A stretch of 62,628 bases of DNA, counting the filler, from Chiloscyllium plagiosum (taxonomy: Eukaryota): the NCBI RefSeq assembly GCF_004010195.1. It is 5 parts of one record of this genome, joined end to end, with 100 filler letters (N's around TTAATTAATTAA, not from the genome) between each part and the next. Parts side by side here need not be neighbours in the genome. Positions count along the whole stretch, not along the records: positions 38,290 to 50,954 come from NC_057714.1; positions 51,055 to 60,051 come from NC_057714.1; 3 more parts are not named here. The stretch is one strand, 5' to 3'. A model generated the notes under the pieces. The model was not told the DNA's origin and searched no databases. It saw nothing but the letters and a program-made list of their open reading frames with translations. The stretch's first letter is position 1. Every line of letters starts with the position of its first letter. Positions 50,434 to 60,151 of this stretch are shown here, piece after piece. Both the position numbers and the translations under genes were made by a program.

Positions 50434-50954
50434 NNNNNNNNNNNNNNNNNNNNNNNNNNNNNNNNNNNNNNNNNNNNNNNNNNNNNNNNNNNNNNNNNNN
50501 NNNNNNNNNNNNNNNNNNNNNNNNNNNNNNNNNNNNNNNNNNNNNNNNNNNNNNNNNNNNNNNNNNNNNNNNNNNNNNNNNNNNNNNNNNNNNNNNNNNN
50601 NNNNNNNNNNNNNNNNNNNNNNNNNNNNNNNNNNNNNNNNNNNNNNNNNNNNNNNNNNNNNNNNNNNNNNNNNNNNNNNNNNNNNNNNNNNNNNNNNNNN
50701 NNNNNNNNNNNNNNNNNNNNNNNNNNNNNNNNNNNNNNNNNNNNNNNNNNNNNNNNNNNNNNNNNNNNNNNNNNNNNNNNNNNNNNNNNNNNNNNNNNNN
50801 NNNNNNNNNNNNNNNNNNNNNNNNNNNNNNNNNNNNNNNNNNNNNNNNNNNNNNNNNNNNNNNNNNNNNNNNNNNNNNNNNNNNNNNNNNNNNNNNNNNN
50901 NNNNNNNNNNNNNNNNNNNNNNNNNNNNNNNNNAGGCAAGGAGCCTCCAGGATG

Positions 50955-51054
50955 NNNNNNNNNNNNNNNNNNNNNNNNNNNNNNNNNNNNNNNNNNNNTT
51001 AATTAATTAANNNNNNNNNNNNNNNNNNNNNNNNNNNNNNNNNNNNNNNNNNNN
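50955..51054. other. Artificial scaffold/contig linker
   Basis: 44N-TTAATTAATTAA-44N. Confidence 0.97.
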
Positions 51055-51260
51055 CCTTGCTGATCTTTGAGGGGCCCTATTCTCTCCCTAGTTACCCTTT
51101 TGTTCCTTAATGTACTTGTAAAATCCTTTGGATTCTCCTTAATTCTATTTGCCAAAGCTATCTCATGTCCCCGTTTTGCCCTCCTGATTTCCCTCTTAAG
51201 TGTACTCCTACTTCCTTTATACTCTTCCAAGGATTCACTCGATCTATCCTGTCTATACCT
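51055..51260 (-). mobile_element. CR1 ORF2 fragment
   Basis: LKREIRRAKRGHEIALANRIKENPK..RERIGPLKD. Confidence 0.8.
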
Positions 51261-51299
51261 GATCTCATCTTCAAACTAAGCAGTTTATAGCTTTTCTTT

Positions 51300-51597
51300 T
51301 AGATTCGATTCCCTACAGTGTGTAAACAGGCCCTTCAGCCCAAGAAGTCCACACCGACCCTCTGAAGAGTAACCCACCCAGACCCAGTTCCTCTGACTTA
51401 TGCACCTAAACTATGGGCAATTTAGCATGGCCAATTCACCTGACTTGCACATCTTTGGACTGTGGGAGGAAACCGGAGCCCCCGGAGGAAACCCACGCAG
51501 ACACGGGGAGAACATGCAAACTCCACACAGACAGGCTGGAATTGAACCCAGGTCCCTGGCGCCATGAGGCAGCAGTGCTAACCACCGAGCCACTGTG
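51300..51597 (-). mobile_element. HE1-like V-SINE
   Basis: Reverse complement of the 42311 SINE. Confidence 0.88.
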
Positions 51598-53397
51598 CTG
51601 CTCCTTCTGGGATGAATATTGAATTTAACACCTTCAAATTGCGAACCCATTCCTTCCCTTTCTTTTTGCTTTCCTTGTTACATTCTCTGTCATTCTCTCT
51701 CCCCTCACCCCACCCCAGTGAGACTGTCTATTCTTTCCAGTACAGCAGTTGGACACACCATTGTTCTGCCATTCTCACATTCTGATCATTTATTTGAACT
51801 GTCAACAAACATCCTTTCTCCCTCAGCACTCCAACACCCCTGTCCCAATATAGCATAAATGCTGTCCGTCTCCACACTTCACTTCAGCTCTGATGAAGAG
51901 TCATCTGAACTGGAAACAAATCAGGCTGGCATTGGATGAATGGGGTGCCATGGGGGCGCCATATCCAGTTAGTGAAGCAGTTTTGGGATGATCACGTGAA
52001 AAAACTCACTACGCCTCACAGAGAGAAAGCCTCCATGAAACCTGACCAAAAATACACTTGGTTGGCTTCTGGAAAGTTTAAGCCCTTAGTTTTCCTGAAT
52101 GCAGCCACTAAGATGCTAGCAGTTTCAGCGCAACCTACTATTGCAGAAAACTCTTCAGACAGGGGTCGGATACTTTATACGAACATGTTTGCTCCAGAGG
52201 TTAGTCTTGGATGCAGATTCATTTTCTTACCAAAATGGTGGTCATCTCACAGTGTTGGAGCTCTCTACCTGATATATGATAAGCTTAGTTTCTTGTATGC
52301 CACAACGATGGATACAACGCAGTTGCAATTTTAGGTCAAGGAATTGTATTTGTTGATACTCGTGATAAACAATTGACTTCAGACTAGTAATTAGAATACA
52401 TTACAGTAGCATTTTTTCAGTACATCAGCTTGAAAAAAAAAGGTCACGTGTAGACAGAGACATGTGTAAACAAAATAACATTCCATTAATTAGTGCTCTG
52501 CACTCACACGCTCTTAATGACACATTGATAGGATTTCAACATCTGATATAAAACAACTTTACTTTAACATAAGCACAGCTGTGGAGATAGGCGTTTATGA
52601 TATGGAAACAGACATTTAAGATTCAATAGCCTGTACGATAAAAGCCTGGATGATCTGTCATGGCCTGCTGGTTTAGGCATTCCTCAAAGACAGCAAAATG
52701 AAATGTTTACTCACTGAGTACTGGCACACTTTGTACTTCTGAGATTCATAACAGCAGTAAATCTTTTCTAAAAAATAGAATTAGTCTCGTCTCTGACATT
52801 TTTCTTAACAGCATTTCCAGTTGTTACTTAATTGCCAAATGATACTTTGAAACAAAAACAGAAATTGTTGGAAAAGCTCAGCAGGTCTGGCAGTGTCTGT
52901 GAAGAGAAATCAAAGTTAACGGTTCGGGTTTGGTGACCCTTCCTCAGAAGTCAGATACTTTTTTGAAACCAGTTGAATATTCATTCTTAACAAATTGTAT
53001 ATCCTCACCTGTGGAAGGGCTGATTTTTTTCTTTGTAAGGATTTAAATGGTTATACATATACCTTCTTTTTTGCTTCACACTTTTTCGTGTCATTTGCTC
53101 AGAGCTGAAACTGTTTCAAAGCTTCTGCAGTATAATCCGCTTCGTGAATTTACTATTTATTAAAGTTCAGACACGCAGCAAGTGATGGTCCAATCAAGGT
53201 AACCACTGGCATACATTATAGTTTTGAATGCTTCAGTGCCAGTCTGATGCCTGGTATGTAGGTTTATATTCAAATGATTTGGCAGACATCTCCAAACAAC
53301 ATATCCTTTTGACCATTCACAGCAACCACTTGTGATTGTGCTCAACTAACCTGTGCTTGCAAATGTCAGAAAAACCATGTCCAACAGCATAAAATCT

Positions 53398-53714
53398 CTA
53401 CAGTGTGGAAACAGGCCATTTGGCCCAACAAGTCCACACTGACCCTCCGAAGAGTAACCCACCCAGACTCATTCCTCCTACCCTATTACTCTACATTTCC
53501 CCTAACTAATGCACCTAACCCATACATCCCTGAACACTATGGACAATTTAGCTTGGCCAGTTCACCTGACCTGCACATCGTTGGACTCTGGGAGGAAGCT
53601 GAAGCATTCAGAGGAAACCCACACAGACATGGGGAGAATGTGCAAACTCCACACAGACAGTCGCCCGAAGTTGGGATCAAACCCAGGTCCCTAACCACTG
53701 AGCCACCATGCCAC
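53398..53714 (-). mobile_element. HE1-like V-SINE (diverged)
   Basis: Reverse complement of the 42311 SINE with a deletion in the head. Confidence 0.8.
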
Positions 53715-53989
53715 CCCTCAGGGTTTACGCACAGAGGCCATTTGGCCCGTTGTGACTGAAATAACTCTTCAAATGAGCATCTTTACCTGATACCAATCTC
53801 CTTCTTTGTCTCCATACCATTGTGGATTATTTTTTGCCAAATAATCATTCAATACCCTGTTGAATGCCTCAATTGAACCTGCCTCCACCTCATTCCCAGG
53901 CAGTACATTCCTTTTAATGGGATTCTGCTATTGGACATTTACTGTGTAAAGCAGACTATTCTAATAATTACTTTGGAAGCCAATTCAGA

Positions 53990-54525
53990 TTATCGGTCAG
54001 ACTCACAGTATGAATTAGACCCTACTTGCACCATCTTGGCACCACACCATAGGAAGGATATATTGGCTTTGGAGGGAGTACAACATAGGTTTACAAGAAT
54101 AATACCTGGACTTCAGCGGTTAATTTATGAGGAGAAATTATAAAAATTATGCCCATTTTCTTTAGAATTTAGAAGATTAAGTTGTGATCTGACTGAAGTG
54201 TTCAAGTTGTTAACAGGCAAAGGCAATCAAGATAAATTATTTCCAAATGTTGGTGTTTCTAGAACTAGGGGTCATTGACCAAGAATTAGGGCCAGAGCTT
54301 TCCAGAGAGATGTTAGGAAGTATTTCTACACACAAAGAGATTTTTCTTCCACAAACATGGATGCAGGATCAGTTGCCAATTTAAATCTGAGATATATTTT
54401 TGTTGAACAAAGGTATTAAAGGATATGGGCCAAAGGCAGGTGTATGGAGTTAGGCCACAGATCAGTGATGATCTCACTCAATGGTGGAACAGGCTTGAGA
54501 GACTGAGTGGCCTACTCCTGTTCTT
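53990..54525 (+). mobile_element. CR1 3' fragment
   Basis: APHHRKDILALEGVQHRFTRIIPGL and a CR1-type tail. Confidence 0.75.
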
Positions 54526-55921
54526 AGGTGATGTACTTGTATATCTAGATGCTACATTATTTAAAACACAGGACCCTGTTCTACATAGAATAAGACATTT
54601 TTACATATATGCCGCTTCTTTCATTGGGAGTAGGGTCCTAGAGACTGCAATTCCCTGTTGCATTCTCCATGGCAACATTCTGATTGATCAGAATCCATCT
54701 GCCTGGCCTGAGTTTTTTTGTTAAATCAGGTTGACAGTTAATGCCAAAGAAAGCAAAGTACTGTCTTTGCTGGAGATCTGATGTAAAAACAGAAAGTACT
54801 GGGGTAACTCAGCAGGTCTTGTAGCATCTGTCAAGTGAGAAACAGAGTTAGTGCTTCAAGTACAATATGACTTTTCTTCAGAATAATGTCATTCAGGTGT
54901 CTTGTTTGTATGCAATTGTTCTCAGTAGAACTGATCTATTTAAAACCATTCATACCTACTTTTAAAATCTATTTTTTATCCATATCTCCCCTCCACTATG
55001 ATTCACCTTAAGCCTTTGCTGTGGACTTACTCATGTGGTCAAAACTGGACATTCTAAATTGACCCACAGCTGGAGAAATCAGGCCTGTCAGAAGATGGCC
55101 AAACTAAATCAAACCAGCTGCTAATTTGGCTACAGAGAACAATGGAAAGTAAGATCAAAGAGGTCACAAAGGTTCAGAGGGAACCAATTACAACTAGCCC
55201 GAGTATTGTGTATTGGACAATTATCAATCAAGCTTCTCAGCACCTTCTTCCAGCCAATGTCTGGATATGCACTTTACAACTCCCAACATGGCAACCATGA
55301 GTAGTGTTGGCATGACCCTATGGCATGCTTTGATCTCCACTTATGATGCTATTGGTCAAAGGTCACAGAACATTCTGGAAGGGGCAGAGAAAGAGGGAAT
55401 AAGAACACACACTTGAAAGCCACTCTGTCAGTGCAGACTCACAACAAAGACTCACAGCAAGATTTGTGGCAAAAGACCATTTGACAATCTAAGAAGACCC
55501 AGGAGAAGTTTGCCCAGACCTGTGAGACCCACCTTCATGGAAGAGAGCCAGGCCTAGGTCAGAGCGGAAGGAGATTTCAATGGCCCAGCTCAAGCATGTG
55601 GATCATTGTGGGTAATATCCTTTCTCAAATGGATAGAGGTAGATAAGGAATAAATAAGGTAGGTATTTCGGAAATGCTCACATGGTGTTTTTAATAAGGA
55701 AGTTAAAAATCACACAACACTAGGTGATAGTCCAACTGGTTTAATTAGAAGGAAGCACTAGCTTTTGAAGCGCTGCTCCTCCATCAGATGGTTGTGGAGT
55801 GCACAATTGTAAGACACAGAATTAATAGCAAAAGTTTACAGTGTGATGTAACTGAAATTATACATTGAAAAATACCTTGATTGTTTCTGTGGTTCTGTTC
55901 GCTGAGCTGGAAGTTTTTGTT

Positions 55922-55961
55922 GCAAACGTTTCGTCCCCTGTCTAGGTGACATCCTCAGTGC
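55922..55961 (-). ncRNA. Minimal hammerhead ribozyme motif, PLE family C
   Basis: Reverse complement reads GCA CTGAGGA T GTC-A-CCT agac AGG-G-GAC GAA ACGT T TGC; stem I GCA/UGC. Confidence 0.7.
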
Positions 55962-56468
55962 TTGGGAGCCTCCTGTGAAGCGCTTCTGTGGTGTTTCCTC
56001 CGGTGTTTATAGTGGCCTGTCCCTGCCGCTTCCGGTTGTCAGTTTCAGTTGACGGCTGTAGTGGCCGGTATATTGGGTCCAGGTCTATGTGTTTGTTGAT
56101 GGGGTTTGTGGATGAGTGCCTGCTATATAGGACAAACAGGAAGACAGCTAACGGTCCGCATCCATGAACATCAACTAGCCACGAGACGCCACGACCAGCT
56201 ATCCTTAGTAGCCACACATGCAGACGACAAGCAACATGAATTTGGCTGGGACAACACTACCATTATAGGGCAAGCCAACAAAGAACAGCCAGGGAATTCC
56301 TAGAAGCATGGCACTCATCCACAAACTCCATTAACAAACACATCGACCTGGACCCAATATACCGGCCACTACAGCGGACAGCTGAAACTGACAACTGGAA
56401 GCGGCAGGGACAGACCACTATAAATGCCGGAGGAAACACCACAGAAGCGCTTCACAGGAGGCTCCCAA

Positions 56469-56508
56469 GCACTGAGGATGTCACCTAGACAGGGGACGAA
56501 ACGTTTGC
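56469..56508 (+). ncRNA. Minimal hammerhead ribozyme motif, PLE family C
   Basis: GCA CTGAGGA T GTC-A-CCT agac AGG-G-GAC GAA ACGT T TGC; identical to the inverted copy at 55922. Confidence 0.7.
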
Positions 56509-57482
56509 AACAAAAACTTCCAGCTCGGCGAACAGAACCACAGCAACGAGCACCCGAGCTATAAATCTTCTCACAAACTTTGAACCTTGATTGTTTGTTG
56601 AGTCTCTCATCTGTTAGAATGACCATGATAGTTTCACTTCTTTCATATGTAAATCACAAAACGTTTTATAAAAGTTACATTCTCAGGTTAACTGTAACAA
56701 TTGTTGTCAGCCAGATAAGATGTTAAGATGTTAAAGGTGTTAGCCCCCTGTGTTCCCTGTCTGTGCCATAATGTCTAGACTGATTCTAATCTTCAGATGT
56801 TCCTCCTCATCTGAACAGATCGGTGTGTATGCATCGGTGTGTGTCCATAGGGGATGGCTGTTTTAATATGTTTTGGGTGGAAGCTGGAGAAGTGTCTGTG
56901 AGATTGTCTGTGGGTTTGCGGTAGAGTGTGGTGCTGAGGTGTCCATCCTTGATGGAGATGCATGTGTTCAAGAATGAGACAGATAGTAGAGAGTAGTCCA
57001 TGGTGAGTTTGATGGTGGGATGAAACTTATTGATATCACTGTGTAGTTTTATCAGTGACTCCTTGCCATGGGTCCAGAGGAAGAAAATGTCATCAATACG
57101 TTTGTGGGGTGAATTTGTACTTGCAGAGTTACATTGTAATTTGCTCAAAAACTGCTTGAATCCATGTAAGACTCTGTTAACTCACTTTTTAGATTAGAAT
57201 CAGTCTAAACATTATGGCACAGACAGGGAACACAGGGAGCTAACACCTTCAACATCTTAACATCTTGTCTGGCTGACACCAATTGTTACAGTTAACCTGA
57301 GAATGTAACTTTTAAAAAGAGCTTTGTGATTTACATAAGAAAGAAGTGAAACTATCATAGTCATTCTAACCGATGAGAGACTCAACAAACAATCAAGGTA
57401 TTTTTCAATGTATAATTTCAGTTACATCACACTGTAAACTTTTGCTATAAATTCTGTGTCTTACAATTGTGCACTCCACAAC

Positions 57483-57517
57483 CACCTGATGAAGGAGCAG
57501 CGCTTAGAAAGCTAGTG
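57483..57517 (+). ncRNA. Minimal hammerhead ribozyme motif, PLE family B (stem II weakened)
   Basis: CAC CTGATGA A GGAGC agc GCTTA GAA AGCT A GTG; stem I CAC/GUG. Confidence 0.5.
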
Positions 57518-58024
57518 CTTCCAATTAAACCTGTTGGACTATAACCTGGTATTGTGTAATTTTTAACTTTGTACACCCCACTCCAACACCAGCATGTCCA
57601 AATTATTTAATAATGAATATTTGGTCAATAAAATTGAATCACAAACTGAACTATGTTCCTTTGTCTGCCTCTCTAACAAGAACATTTAGATTAATGACTT
57701 AAGGTAAACCCCACCCCCCCCAACCCCCAGTTATTTAACCCAACAACACAGAAAAGATTTACCCTGTGGGGTAATCAGAAAATTTGAAAGGCAAAGAGCT
57801 ACCTTAAAGTCAATATTTAAAGTAAAAATTAACAACTTTATTTTTTCAAGTCTAATACAGAATAATTAACTAACAACAGTTTACAACTCATTTATCTAAA
57901 CCTATCTTTTACTTCCCCTCCACAATACTGGTCCAATAAAATCCTTGACTAAGATTTATCGAAAAATTCAAATTGCAAAAGCAGCCAACTGTCGAATCTT
58001 CTCTTTGGATTTTCCTCTGTAGAT

Positions 58025-59058
58025 TTAGTGACGAAGGTTACCTCAGATTACAACGGGATCTTGATCAGATGGGCCAATGGGCTGAGAAGTAGCAGATGGA
58101 GTTTAATTCAGATAAAAGCGAGTGCTGCATTTTGGGAAAGCAAATCTTAGCAGGACTTATACACTTCATAGTAAGGCTCTAGGGTGTGTTGCTGAACAAA
58201 GAGACCTTGGAGTGCAGGTTCATAACTCCTTGAAGATGAAGTTGCAGGTAGATAGAATAGAGAAGAAGGTGTTTGGTATGCTTTCCATCATTGGTCAGAG
58301 TATTGAGTACAGTAGTTGGGAGGTCATGTTGAGGCTGTACAGGATATTGGTTAGGCCACTGTTGGAATATTGAGAGCAATTCTGGTCTCCTTCCTATTGG
58401 AAAGATGTTGTGAAACTTGAATGGGTTAAAAAAAGATTTATAGGGATGTTGCCAGATTTGGAGGATTTGAGCTATAGGGAGAGGCTGAACAGGCTGGGAC
58501 TGGGATATTGGTTAGGCCACTGTTGGAATATTGAGAGCAATTCTGGTCTCCTTCCTATTGGAAAGATGTTGTGAAACTTGAATGGGTTAAAAAAAAGATT
58601 TATAGGGATGTTGCCAGATTTGGAGGGTTTGAGCAATAGGGAGAGGCTGAACAGGTTGGGGCTGATTTCCTTGGAGCGCCAGAGGCTGAGGGCTGACCTT
58701 AAAGGTTTATAAAATCATGAGGGGCATGGATAGGATAAATAGACAAAGTCTTTTCCCTAGGGTGGGGGAATGCAGAACTAGAGAACTAGAGGGGAAAGAT
58801 ATAAAAGAGACCTAAGGGGCAACGTTTTCACACAGAGGGTGGTACATGTATGGAATGAGCTGCCAGAGGAAGTGGTGGAGGCTAGTACAATTGCAACCTT
58901 TCAAAGGCATCTGAATGGGTATATGAATAGGAAGGGTTTGGAGGGATATGGGCCAGGTGCTGCCAGGTGGGACTAGATTGGGTTGGGATATCTGGTCAGC
59001 ATGGTTGGACCGAAGGGTCTGTTTCCGTGCTGTACATCTCTATGACTCAATGACTCTA
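58025..59058 (+). mobile_element. CR1/HER1 3' fragment with an internal 161-bp tandem duplication
   Basis: Same family as 31963-33690; 58342-58502 is repeated at about 58503-58663. Confidence 0.9.
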
Positions 59059-59619
59059 TTTGCTCTCCAGGTCAGTGTCAATGATTTTTTTCTGTGCAAA
59101 CTCCTTCTCTAGACAGGTATCTCTCAGAAAGTTCTACATCTGTTGGTCTTTTGGCAGTTCTCTATCAACTGTTCAATATTTTCCAGTTTTATACCCCAAA
59201 ACATCAGATTGTTTCATTTGATTTAATGTTGTCAAAATACCAAATTCAAACTTGATTGAAGTTTGGTATCTAGGGGCATAATTTAAACTGATTAACCAAA
59301 TTTGATTTTTTTGTCTCATAGCAACCCAGCCAGAGCTAGCTGTTCTGACCAAGTGCTACATTGTTATCTTGTTCTGGACTCTCTGTGCCTCTCTAAGTCC
59401 TTGCTAGCTTTCAACATTCTTAAAGGTATAGTTCACATTAAACCTTCATAGCATTAGTTAAAGTGTTTTTAACACATAATCTGATGAAGAGTCCAAACCA
59501 TGGACAACATTGCCGCCTTCAATTAAGAATGTTTATATAACCTCTCAAGTTGAACTTCACCAACAGGTCGCCTGATCCTGAATTAACAGGGCAGCTGACC
59601 CTCATGAAGACCAGGATTC

Positions 59620-60051
59620 AAGTGGGTGAAAGAGCGTGAAGCTCAGTGCTACAGCGGACGCACAGAGAGGGGAGCCGGAAGGTAAGCGGAGACCAGTATA
59701 AATTAACGTTTTTCTTTTCGCAGTCTGTGTTTTTTTTTCAACTAGGAGCGGGAACCCGGAAGTCTTCAACAGAGGCTTCTGGGAAGGTAAGATGTTTGAG
59801 TGGAGAAGGAACCTGAGATACTACACGTGTAGTGTCTCCCACCCTCCCTCCTCCTCTAACCTAAAAAAAAAGGTCTCCGTCGGCTGAACAGGTAAGCTAC
59901 TTAGTGTTCTTGTTTTGGAGACTAAGTGTAGAGTTATGGCAGCGCAGGCAGTGGAATGTTCCTCCTGCAGGATGTTTGAGGTAGGGGTGACCACCAATGC
60001 TCCTGCCGACTTCACCTGCAGGAAGTGCAGCCAGCTCCAGCTCCTCACAGA
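59620..60051 (+). mobile_element. 5' end of a full-length CR1-type LINE: 5' UTR plus start of ORF1 (ATG 59936)
   Basis: MAAQAVECSSCRMFEVGVTTNAPADFTCRKCSQLQLLT is a CX2C-X16-CX2C zinc finger leading into a leucine zipper, typical of vertebrate CR1 ORF1. The UTR is CpG-rich with CCGGAAGT and CACGTG; truncated by the linker. Confidence 0.75.
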
Positions 60052-60151
60052 NNNNNNNNNNNNNNNNNNNNNNNNNNNNNNNNNNNNNNNNNNNNTTAAT
60101 TAATTAANNNNNNNNNNNNNNNNNNNNNNNNNNNNNNNNNNNNNNNNNNNN
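60052..60151. other. Artificial scaffold/contig linker
   Basis: 44N-TTAATTAATTAA-44N. Confidence 0.97.

Larger units (their letters stand above)
45465..50954 (-). mobile_element. Tx1-like (L1 clade) LINE, near full length but internally deleted and frameshifted
   Basis: GC-rich; ORF1 with CCHC knuckle, ORF2 with APE and RT, 3' UTR with AATAAA (about 45624-45629, minus) and an A-rich tail; 5' end lost in the gap. Confidence 0.93.
55887..56583. mobile_element. Fold-back PLE family C element nested in the left arm of family B
   Basis: 234-bp inverted arms (55887-56120 / 56310-56543); the loop encodes CYIGQTGRQLTVRIHEH (GIY-YIG); perfect 13-bp TSD accttgattgttt (55874-55886 / 56584-56596). Confidence 0.9.
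55701..57605. mobile_element. Fold-back PLE family B element with an internal RT fragment
   Basis: Inverted arms of about 380 bp and IDDIFFLWTHGKESLIKLHSDINKFHPTIKLT..YRKPTD (PLE RT, minus, 56807-57100). Probable TSD tttaataagga / tttaataatga (55690-55700 / 57606-57616). Confidence 0.88.

Noticed and set aside
51930..55620. Possible very old DNA-transposon coding remnants or a host exon (51936-52334, 55000-55600)
   Set aside because: No motif or splice structure that I can support without a database search.
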